Positions 48,157 to 59,345 of a stretch of DNA of 64,000 nucleotides are shown here, piece after piece (position 1 is the stretch's first letter; every line of letters begins with the position of its first letter). Where the stretch lies: the NCBI GenBank assembly GCA_964187785.1, contig OZ076409.1:61382001-61446000 (forward strand), read 5' to 3'. A program made the position numbers and the translations under genes. The stretch comes from Amphiscolops sp. MND2022 (Eukaryota). The notes below the pieces were generated by a model. It saw nothing but the letters and a program-made list of their open reading frames with translations, ran no database searches and was not told the origin of the DNA.

Positions 48157-49821
48157 TGTAGAAATTTTTGCTAGAGGGTCGGAGAGAAATCCCAAAGGCT
48201 CGATTCTAACAGAAAGGTTTAGTTTTTAGTGAGTAAGTTTAGTCCACGTATCGCGTATTCTTTTCACAAAGTCTCTCCGGTGCTCAAGTTTCGACTCCAA
48301 AACACTATGGAAAAATTCCTTGCAATTAATACTCTAATTCAGGAATTATCTGGATATAACAAGTCGAAGGTTTCCACAGTATATAAACTCTCAATCAAAT
48401 AACAATAGCACAGCAGGTGAATGAATTATATACAATAACTCGACAAGACTGTGCCAGAATCACGATTCACTCAAAGATTTCCAAGTCCCGGTCTTGTAAC
48501 TTATTCGCTGCTCTCACAAAGCAGTTAAGTCAAATTCGATCTCGAGTAGGTTTCTTGCCCGCACGCGGCTCAACTTACTCTTAACTTCGTAATCGTTCTT
48601 CTGTCTCACTTCGTCTCTTTTTCCCTCCCTAAGATATTTATTCATCAGCCGCATTTTTGTTGTACCGATGTCGCTCTTTTATTTGCATGCTTTTATAAAT
48701 CATGTAATTTCATTCCTTTTATGGCATGGTAGCGCCCTAGTCATATTTCGGCCAGACATACTTCGCCGCCAACGACAAGTAATTCACATCTTGTCCGAAG
48801 TCCACATTTCAATAATAATTCAAGTCACCCGAGATTTTTTTAACATCGAAGAAATCGCTCAATGACCTTCAACTACATGGTTTACATGTTCTACACACGT
48901 AAGGGGTACTTTTCTATCATCCTAGGTGCAATACATCGCGAATCGTTCCGCCTGACTGAAATGCATAAATTATCACTTAAAGACGCTGATTTACATGTTT
49001 CATTGTACGTTTTCCTATATGTTCCGGGGTTGCATCTAAAATGACCTTGAGGTCCATCCGTGACCTTGAAGTTATTTGTCCTCATCCCAAGTTGCTACAT
49101 GCCAAGTTATATCGTCCTAGGGTCAATGGTTCCCGAGTTACATGATATGTGTATCGTTTATTTACTTAAGGCGGTTACCCCCGCATGGGTTACAAATACG
49201 GTTTCATTCACGTTAAAAATCGACTACATTCATCATTCCGGTTCGTTTGAGGTATTACAAGCCAAGGTCAATGTCTATTATCGGTCGGGCTCGCGCGCGT
49301 CCGGTCCCGCGCGCCTTAAACAAACATTACTCCGTGCGTGGTGGATCGATTAATGTATATTTCATGTATATTACTTAGGGTTACTAGGCGAACATCTTGG
49401 CTAAGTTTCATGATCCTCGGGTCATCCGGTGGCTATTTACATAACATTTGAGGTTTATTTACATAGGGTCCGTTCTCGTCCTACACGCGTCGTAGGGTTC
49501 CAAAAATATACGCAAAGGGCTTAATATCATATGGGCTATCGGTTCCATTTGTTATATGACTTATTCCGTGCTTGGCCGATGAGTTCGTAGGGGGGTCGAC
49601 CTAGGTCACTTCCGGTGCTAATAGCTCGGGGCCGGGGGTCTCGGCTCGGTTCCGTTTTCATAGGCGAGTAGAATAACACCTCAGGTATACGTGTGCCAAA
49701 TTTCAGGTCTCTACGATAAATAGTCTTTGAGAAAATCCCGACTAGGGGGGGTTCGCCGGTTTTGTCACACTTGGTTTTCCCGGGTGGTATCTTAGAATAT
49801 TTTCGCTTGGAAGTGGGACTT
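48157..49821 (-). repeat. Upstream (5') long direct repeat / LTR, ~1.66 kb
   Basis: Near-identical to 41691-43352. Confidence 0.95.
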
Positions 49822-52800
49822 ATATATAGTATGAGATGAGATTTAGTACTTTGAGATTTGATTGCGTAATAAAGTTTCAAGAATTTCAAAATTCCCCAAA
49901 GTGTGATGCAAGTTTTGAAATTTTGAATCGACTTTCAAACAAAAAATACGATTGTTTTTCTGATCAAGGTTTAAAAAACTTTTGCTTTTGAGGCTTTCTA
50001 AAAACTATTAAACAGATTTTGCGCTTTGAATTATTCTGTTCGTCGCATCAAGTGTCTTTTGAAACCGTAGTGAAATAGCAGTCTTTAGCCGTCTGGTAAC
50101 CAAACATTTTGTAGATTTTCCTCATTGAGTTTAGTCGAATTTGAAAATTTTAATGGCGTACAAATTTGAGTAAACACTGGCAAGAATAAATTTGTCAACA
50201 ATCTGCTATTTCAGGTTCAGATGTGAGAGCTTGCGCTCTGCCACAACGTGCGATAGAATCAAATCTGAGATCTTGGTACTTGTACTGACACTTAATTTTA
50301 ACTACCTGTCATAAAGATTGTCATACGAAGTTCAAAGAGAAACGACGATAGTGTCAAACTACCGGTACAACAGTCCACTCTGAACAAAATTTCTTGCTAT
50401 CGTTGCGATGATATGGCACTGCGAGCACACGGTGCTCCTACTTCCGGAATGGGAGCAGGGGAGGGAAAATTTTAAGATTGGGACATACAGGTGGAATTAT
50501 TTGAACCTGTTTTAGTGTTCAAGTGAACAATCTCTGTTTATGAGCTGACAAGAGATACCTCCGCTTTAGCTAGAGCAAAAGAAATGTTAAACAGGCTGAA
50601 TAAAACTGATGTACAAAAAAGCGTTTAGCTTTCTGTATATAGCACTTGGAGAGTCGGAGAGAAAAACATTTCTAGAAAAAATACCAATTCAGATGTGAAG
50701 AACATTCACATGAAAGAATTGATAGAATGTTGCTAAGCACTTCAGAAGGAAAGCAGTTGGTAGACGGATAAAAATAGGAAGCTAAAGTAAAACTAATGGC
50801 TGGAAAAGTTCTGGCATGCTCTGAATGGCTTTGCCGCAAATAGATACTTAGGAACCCAAACGCAAAGGCTGATTGATGACATTTTTGTGTCAACTGTGCA
50901 GGAGCAGACTAATAGATCTAGGAAAATTGCAGAAACTGGATTCGCTGAAACCGAAAAACGCAAAAATACCGAAATACTTCTTCATATAGATTCCAAATGA
51001 CCCGAGTATGCATAGAAAAGAAAGAACCAGACAAAATTAGAATCAAAAAAATAATTAGAAGAAAATCAATAAACGTTTTTCAACGAAAAATATTTTCTAA
51101 GTTTTACTCGAGTGTTATTCGAGTTTCTTAGTTTCGTAGAAAGTTTTATAATCTGCTAATAGCAACTAATTATAATTCGACTCATAACTCTAAGCATTTT
51201 GGCGTGACTGATAAAAGTAGAGAAGCTCCATGCCCGAGCACAATTCGACTGCATAAATGTTTTTGGTGAGAAACTTTATTCCATGTCTACTGCATTGATT
51301 AAATTTGATGCAATTGTTGTTCGACTATGTTCATTTTAACCGATACATTTATATCAAACCTTGAACAGTTTAGAAGCTTTGAAATAATTATCTAGACAAT
51401 GAGTTATCTGTTTTCGGTACGCATCTAGCTACTACTTTTCAATTATCTGCAAACGTCCAATTGTAGCGCGTGCAATTGAAAGAATTTAGACCTCTGAAAA
51501 CTGTGGTTTTTCTTCCCGTCGCACAATACACCGTTTCCACGTTAAATGAAGCACATCAGATGTTAAATGAACAACCAATAGAAATTGATTAGCTTGCTAC
51601 AGCAAATCTCAAATAATGTGAACGAAATCGCAGCTTGAATGAAAGTGTAAGCGAATGCCGCATACGATTTTGTGTACATGTACAGCACTCTTTGGTCAGC
51701 GTTTGTTAAATTTGAAAGCGTCGTTGGTGATTCTTATTCGCTAACTCACTTGGAAGCTGATATAGTTCACTTGAATTCTGATTGTAAAGCACTTTTAGTT
51801 TGGTGGCCGGTGATTGGCTGAAAATTTGGAACGAAAGCCGAGACGATTCACTTAAAATCTGATATGCTTCACTCAACGCGGAAACGGTGTAATTTACTCC
51901 TTGTTCCAGAGAAACTGATAGCGTTACACCTTTTCGAAGTTTTCACTCAGCAAATGAATTCCTCTGCAAAATCAATTCGAATTTCCCAATCCCAGTTTTC
52001 AGCTTTTGAAGCCATCTCGTATGGATGGTTTCTGCATCTCGTGGCCTATCTGATGGAATCGGTTCTGTTGAAAATATTACGAGACGTGGATCTTCTTCCG
52101 GTGACCTCAAAATTCGGCTCATACTCGTTTTGAGGGTTGGGAACAACATCAAGATCGTCGCCTCCCTTTGGAAAATGGAAGATGCAAGATGCTTTTGGGT
52201 CGAAATTGCCAAAGTTATGATCCCATAATTAATGTCATCACTTTTTTATCCATTAATGAAATGTAAAAAAATGCAGTGAAAAAGAATTGAAGAGCAGAAA
52301 GACTCATGAATAAGCGTGATTGACATTTAAGTATACACGTTTTGCTAGTTTTACATTGACTTTTCTGTGGGGATTAGTTCAACTTGCCTCTTCCAAATTC
52401 TCGGGCTGTTTCATCTCCAAAACTTCTTTCTCTTTCTTGCCACTTTTCCAGTGATGAAGAAGGCAGAGTACAGCCATGACGTTGCAACCACTGCATGATA
52501 GCAGAGACAGATATGAGTCATCGACCCCTGCACCCAGGAAAACTCAAACTGGACAGAAATTATTTCACAGTAGACTATCGATGTTTTATCAAAAATTGAA
52601 TGATGAGTATTCAAATGATCGTATTCTGAGGGATTTTTAGCTAAAACTTTTTATATGCTTCATCCATGATACTATTCTGCCTTTTTTGAACAACTTCTAG
52701 CCTGCTGTATAACTTTGCATTTTAAGGAGCTGCGAGTTTCAATGCAATATTGTTCAAATTGATTGAGCTTTTTCCATGTTTTTGAAGTTGGCAATAACTT

Positions 52801-53507
52801 CTACTATGATTTTCTAGAACTCTTACTAAAATTTTCATGCGAGAATATTTCCCTATTGTCTTCACCTTTTATGAAGCTGCTTGAAATTTTCAAAACTTTG
52901 GCGACCACACAATAATGTATTTCAAAGACAACTTAACATGGTGATCAAGAAACTCGATTAAACTCAAACTGAATGTGTTGTTCTCTAACTTTCAACATTT
53001 ATTTGGTGCTAACGAAATAACGAAGTTTGCGCTCTATCACAATAGGAAATGGAGGTAACTTCGGAACGTTATTTTGACTTCAGCTTCCTTCGGGATGCTC
53101 ACAAAACCCACCAAGAAAGTCAATGATTCCATAGGAAATTTTTAGGTACTTACAAAAAGTGCTCGGCCACCTTTTATAGGATAATTCATTAAAGCAATTT
53201 CCTACTGAAACGATCTGGTCTAGCTTTAAGAAGGCTGATTGAAAGAAGATAAGAATGTTGAGCAATAGTGTATTTGAAGATAGACCAAATGGTGAAAAGC
53301 CAAGTTCTCTTTTTGTTTTGATACTTATATGTTTGCAAATTATATCAGAAAGTGTTTCAACATCCATATACAAATGAATATATATTTACTCTTTTATTAG
53401 TTGAGGAGATGTGAGAGAGTGATCTTGACAATCGGGCGAACCTGTAACAAAACAATGAATTTAGGCAAGACGTGTGAATATATATGTATATGTGTGTGTG
53501 TGTGTGT

Positions 53508-53707
53508 NNNNNNNNNNNNNNNNNNNNNNNNNNNNNNNNNNNNNNNNNNNNNNNNNNNNNNNNNNNNNNNNNNNNNNNNNNNNNNNNNNNNNNNNNNNNN
53601 NNNNNNNNNNNNNNNNNNNNNNNNNNNNNNNNNNNNNNNNNNNNNNNNNNNNNNNNNNNNNNNNNNNNNNNNNNNNNNNNNNNNNNNNNNNNNNNNNNNN
53701 NNNNNNN
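53508..53707. other. Assembly gap (200 N) preceded by a (TG)n microsatellite
   Basis: Run of exactly 200 N, suggesting a placeholder gap of unknown size. Confidence 0.98.
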
Positions 53708-56009
53708 CCTCAACAAATAAAAGAGTACAAGTAAATGTAATTATCAATGAGCTTTGTAACGACCACATATTGTTTGTAGATGTTAATGTGATATTATAAT
53801 GAGTGTATGTAACTGCAAAAATCCCTGCGTATGCCTTAACGTATTTATGTATTCAAAATACATCAGCAGAGTCTTGTATGTTTTTAAGGTTTGTTACAGT
53901 GGGCCTTTGATTTTTTAGATCAAGACAATTCCCTAAAAGTCCGTTTTGTGACGATGTCTTTCTCTTCTAATTGCCAGTTTTTCTTCTCGTAGCGTTTCTC
54001 GCCTTGGTGACATTTCCGAGTCTTTTCTGATCCTGTCTTTTTTCTCCCTGCTTTCTTGTTTATTCTCCGCTGTTGGTTCTGGCACATTTTGTATTTCTTT
54101 TTCGCTATCCACTTTTGCGATCGTCGCCATGTTTTCTCAGCTTCTGTCGTAATGTTGTGTTTTGATTTTGGCTTATCGCTGTTTTTTCTGCCCGGTTTTT
54201 TAGTGCCTCTATTGCTGAAGTCCCCTTCATTTTGATGGTTCTTTGTTCTTTTGTCTTCTGTTTGTTCTTCGTTAATTGTTTGGTTTAGCGGAAAGCTCCA
54301 GTTTTCTTGAATTGACTCACTTGAGTCACTTTGCGTTTCACTCTGTAGTGCCTGTTCGCTTTCTTCGTACGCTTCGCCGCTGCTTGCCACTCATAGACTC
54401 TGAACCTCTTTAGAGCAGAATGGGTGATCTTCGCGGTTTTCGCCCTATGTCCCGTTTGACAGGATTGTTGCTTGGCTTTTCCTTTCTGGTAAAAATGTTA
54501 TTGGTGTGGTCGGTCTGTTGAGTAGAACCCGTTTCGTTTCTGGTGCGCTCCTTCCAATATAATTCCGCGAGTTCCTTCTCTTACCAGAATAGTCGAATCG
54601 TGACCTGATTCGAAGTCTGTTTCTGCCAATTTGATGAACATATAGAGTGAGTTATACATATAGACAGTAGAACATATTCTTTTTCGTTTGATACCTCTTC
54701 GTTTTAAAAAATAACGATGAATAGGAAAAAATTCGTTTTGGTGACTGCGCCACAAGCTACATTTTTTTGGTGATAAGAAGAGTTTATTTTCAGCAACACA
54801 TTTTTCTGTTTTTGGACGAAAGAGTATCATTCAAATGATTACAGATCTATCTAAGATAAAGTTGGTGGTATATGACTAAGAATGCATAAGTTTAGATCTA
54901 TCAGTTTTGTCTGTTGACTTTTCCGAACAGATCGGTGTCAATTTACATTTTATACTAAATTACCCAACATGAATATTTCCTAGCCGCCGAAATTCGAAGC
55001 AAAATCGACTGGAAAAAATTTCAAAATATTGCAATGGTGAACTTCAATGATGAGCAATAATTGAGCATCCCTGCCTGCGACTGGATTTCGATCGGGCGAT
55101 AGGTTGTCCAGATTGAAGTCTTGGAAGGTCGGCCCAATTTTCGCCATCAGGACGAATCCCGAAACAAACATTGCTAATTTGCAACCTGAAGCGCAAAACA
55201 TAAAACTTGAATGCAAGATGAACTTGCGTTTGCTCTTTCTACTTTTTTTCCGTTTCAACTCATCAACTCAGAGTTTGACGCCTGTACATCCCAATTCAAA
55301 TTCTTTTGTATCTCATTGTCACAGTCATTGTTCTGGGGAAGGTCCTTCCCCAGAACAATGACTGTGACAATGAGATACAAACGAATTTGAATTGGGATGT
55401 ACAAACAAAGTGAAACTCCAAACTTCTTAAGGTTTCTTATGAAGATTCTATTTACGTTTCTCAACGTTACAATTTAAATGAGTTTCTTTATACGCTCTAG
55501 GCATTGTTTCAAAATATTTTTGAATTCTCAACAATAGGGGAGGATGTCACAGAAATGAAACGTTTCAAAAATTACTTAAATTCCTTAAAAAATAATCCTA
55601 CCGCAGTTGGTTTTCAAGGGCGAGAACTAAAACGGTTTTGATCATTTCCAATACTTTTATGGTTACTTTCGGGAGCCTCATACGTGATGCCTAAATAGAC
55701 AAGATTATTGTTCTATTTTTAGCCGGCGTTTTCAGAGAAAAAGACGACTCTTACAATGACTAGTTTTTTCTCCAGTCGCACTGATCGGTCCAATTTTACG
55801 GAGTACTGATGGAGCAAGTATTTATACAGTAAAGACCATTTTTACCTGGTGGTTATTCGTTTTTGTACGGACTGAGAGGGCACGGTTTTGAGTCTGGGGT
55901 TGCGTTTAACAGTTCTCTTTTCACACACTCTACAACGCAAATTATTCCGGATATAAAGTTTTTGTTCTGACTTTGCGTTTTGGTACTTCCACTTTAGTAG
56001 AAAGAGAAC

Positions 56010-56071
56010 ATGGTGTAGTGGTTAGAGAGTTCAGTTTGTACTGAGGGCGGTATCAGGTTCGAATCTCTCTC
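56010..56071 (+). pseudogene. tRNA-derived fragment / SINE head
   Basis: A box TGGTGTAGTGG and B box GGTTCGAATC at tRNA-like spacing; no convincing full cloverleaf. Confidence 0.45.
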
Positions 56072-56220
56072 AACTGATCATTGTTAGCAAATCCTTCATC
56101 CCCACTTTAGTGGTATGGATAATGACAAAAAACGCATTTGGCTGAGAAAAGCAAAACAAAAAAGGGGAACGATGAGTAATCAGACCTGTGTGACCTTGAG
56201 CTACATTAAAGAGGCAAATA

Positions 56221-56585
56221 CTAGGTGAACCAAAAAAACGGAATGCACAAATTTTTTGAGCTCTCAAAGCTTTAAATATTTGTAAACAAACGTTTCACAA
56301 CAACTTTTAACGCTGCTGTCAATCATTCAAATTGGCAACTTTTCTTCAAAAAAGGACAAAATATCGAAATTTCGGATATCAAAAATAAGAAAGAACCAAC
56401 AGGTACATATGTCTAGACTTTTTCTGAAGGTTTGAACCATCCTTAGTTGAAGATTTGATTCAGTAACAAGTGTTTCATTTTAAACGATAGACAGAAATTT
56501 GATATAATTTCAGTGTCTTGTTTGCAAACAATACGATTTCGATGACGAAATTTTTTGTGCGTTCCGTTTTTTTTGGTTCACCTAG
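56221..56585. mobile_element. Tc1/mariner-type MITE (365 bp)
   Basis: ~30-bp TIRs CTAGGTGAACCAAAAAAACGGAA / TTCCGTTTTTTTTGGTTCACCTAG flanked by TA on both sides. Confidence 0.85.
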
Positions 56586-56964
56586 TAAAGAAAGCTACAG
56601 AAAGGGTTTCATCTAGTTGCATGGAAGGTGCCTACTAGAAAAGGCGGCCCTTCGATGCTGTGAAGTTTTCCATGTTAAAATACGCAGTAGGTCTATTACT
56701 ACGTGTAGTTGGGACATTATAATATTCACTCTACCGACGAATAATTTTCAGCTACTTTGTAAACTTCAAACAGGCGTGCTACTTGATAAACCAAAAAGTG
56801 AAAAAGAGAGCAAGATGTTTAGAAGTAAAACCTTTTTCAGTTTTGATTGAAACAGTGGAAACTGCTGAGCAGTTGTGCATTCATTTTCCAAGCATGCTCC
56901 AGGAATTTTACTTGTTTCGCTCAAACCGCCCATACCGCAGCCATCATTGTTCGTTGCTTCGGGT

Positions 56965-57436
56965 ATGCGGAAAACTCGTCGAAAACATCTCGCCAAATGC
57001 AACTCGTCGAAAACAACTCGTCAAAAATAAAGGGCGGAAAACTGGTCGAAAACTAACTCGTCGAATAATAATTGAGTTCAAACTCGTCGAATAATTACAG
57101 ATTACAAACAAGGATTATCCAGTCTAATTGTGCTAATTATGGACGAATTTTCTTTAATTGATTTTCAGTTTCGCGCATAATATAGCTTTTCTAGTTAAAA
57201 AATTGCTTGAAATATTTCACTTTAATAGTTAACAGTGTAATACTTCATAATAAGTTGGAACTTAATAACACAGTACGATTACAAAGTAAGCGCTATATTT
57301 GTCTGAGATTATTTTATGTTCTTGCGACAAGTTTTCCGACGGAGAATTTTCGGCGAGTTGCTTTTCTTGCTTTTCGACGAGTTTTCCGCCTAGAATTTTC
57401 GACCAGTTCTCGGCGAGTTGTTTTCGACAAGTTTTC
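56965..57436. repeat. Foldback-like element with inverted arrays of AACTCGTCGAAAA
   Basis: About 6-7 copies at 56970-57091 and inverted copies at ~57325-57436 around an AT-rich spacer. Confidence 0.65.
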
Positions 57437-58630
57437 CTAGATTCGTTACTTTGATTCTTTATCTTTCTATGGAAAACGTGAAAATAATGCAATGAACATA
57501 TATGGAACCCATGGAAGTCATAACAAGACCACAATTCGTTTTGTGTATGGAAACTATTAATATTTGGAAACATTGTGTGGACTATATATCATTTCAAACC
57601 GGAAACATAATTCCGATCGAAAACTGTTTTCGCGAGTCCTTTGAGAAACATTTGACAAAAAGCGCGGAAAAGTGTAAATTATTAACACTTTTCCGTGCTT
57701 TTTCTCGAAGGACCCGCGAAAATAATTTCCAATAACAAATTAAGTTTCCAGTTTCCAACCCTTGATAATCGAAGAAGGTTGCTAGGAAAGTATGAACAAG
57801 TGCAGCACTTTCTTTAAGCGGGGTACTTTTTGGCCCACAAACACACTGTTCGCGAATGAACTGTCTAAATCAAACGCTCGAATTTTTTAAAGATTTCGGG
57901 TTGTCAAACAAAAAGCTCGTAGGTTTTCGGACAGGTTAAATAGCTTGTTGTTTTTCAAAAGTTATGTTGCCATCATGACTCGGTTTCACAACAGTTGCAA
58001 TAGTGACCTCAAGAATTAACCGAAAATTTTTACCTGAGCATAGGTCAATGTAGAGGGATTTTGATTTTTTTTGGATAATGCTGAAAATTGATGTGAAACC
58101 TTTTTATAACTCCTAGATTTTTTCCGGATTGCCTGAAAGCGAGCTCTATACAAATCATTTTTCATAACCAGCGAACTTCTAGACCGGGCTAAATGACGTG
58201 AACGCAGGCAGCTTTCACGCAGTGAAATTAGGTTATCGGCAGCGATGCAAAACTGCATTTTTGCAGATAAAAGATTTCTTTACCTAAAGTATAGAAAACA
58301 TTAGAAAACGTGACAGTCACACCTAATTTTTCTAATCAAATCATCATGTCGAACATCGAACTGTACACGCTGCATCGGCTGTTGGTTTTTTTATCAGCTA
58401 GAGGGTGTTTTTCCATACGAGGGATCTGTTTTTCACAACGGCAGTTAACACTCATAAAAACGGCGTCTTGCACGAGTGAATTTGTTCGGGGAGGGATGTT
58501 TGTTCAGATTGTTGTTGTTTTGGGTTTCTATCTCCAGCACTGCACTCAGATCATAGGCGAAATGAAGGACTATGAGTTAATACTTTCTATAGTTAAACGC
58601 AGGCAATAGTTAAGAGAATTGTGGAGAAAA

Positions 58631-59345
58631 TGAAGAAATTTTACGCATCAGCCAATCTGGTCAAACAAAGGTCAAACTCGGTTCCGGCCGCGATGTGTCT
58701 GTGAAAAGACAACTTTATAGGAGTTTATATTTCTCGGAATTTCTAAATGCGCGGCAAGTCTAGAGAATTGAAATCACCCAGGATAATCGCAGTTTTGTCA
58801 GTGATGCAGTTTGAACTGAAAAACGAAGGAGATTTCGATGATTTATAATTAACGTAAGCCCTCAGCACACAAGGATATTTTGATTGTAGAAATAAAAGCA
58901 CGATTTTGCAGTATGTCTCAGTAGAATAAGCACATAAACCCTGGCCTTCTTCAAATTGATTGACTTCTAGAAATCTGGGATGGGAAGCGGGCCATGGATA
59001 AGCCTATCAGACTACGTTTCAGACTGCAATAGACTGCTACTTGAAACGATTAGATGATCGGCCTCGAGATGCGACTGACATATCAGACATCAAACAGTCT
59101 GCTCATCAGATTCAAGGAATTGTTTGCACTAGGCATTGGTGACCTTTCAAGTAGCTTGAGAAAGTGTTGTAGACTCGATAAAAGGTTTAAAGTAGGATGC
59201 TCAAGTTAAGAAAGTGTAAGTATTGTAACATACAAAGTGTAGCTGTATTCAACGTAAAGTTAGCATCAACTGAATATAGTCTAGAGAGCACTGTAAGTTC
59301 ATTGGCAGGTACCTAATTACTGTTGTCTAGACTATTCTCTCTTCA
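58631..59345 (-). repeat. Probable 3' LTR of the gypsy element (~715 bp)
   Basis: Termini TGAAGA...TCTTCA; polypurine tract (TTCCCCCCTCC on +, 59346-59356) abuts it. The partner LTR lies outside the window, so the left boundary is inferred. Confidence 0.6.

Larger units (their letters stand above)
41686..49841 (-). mobile_element. Young non-autonomous gypsy-derived element with long direct repeats, a gag-protease-macrodomain ORF and atypical termini, inserted into a HINE copy starting at ~41560
   Basis: Direct repeats 41691-43352 and 48157-49821 differ at only about 10 sites; PBS adjoins the upstream repeat; intact 833-aa ORF; no RT/RNase H/integrase motifs. Confidence 0.85.

Noticed and set aside
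53357..53799. ORFs containing X runs
   Set aside because: They are artefacts of translating the N gap.
53920..55550. Charged ORFs and a PPT-like GGGGAGGATGT, possibly a retroelement remnant
   Set aside because: There are no diagnostic domain motifs or paired termini, so it cannot be classified.
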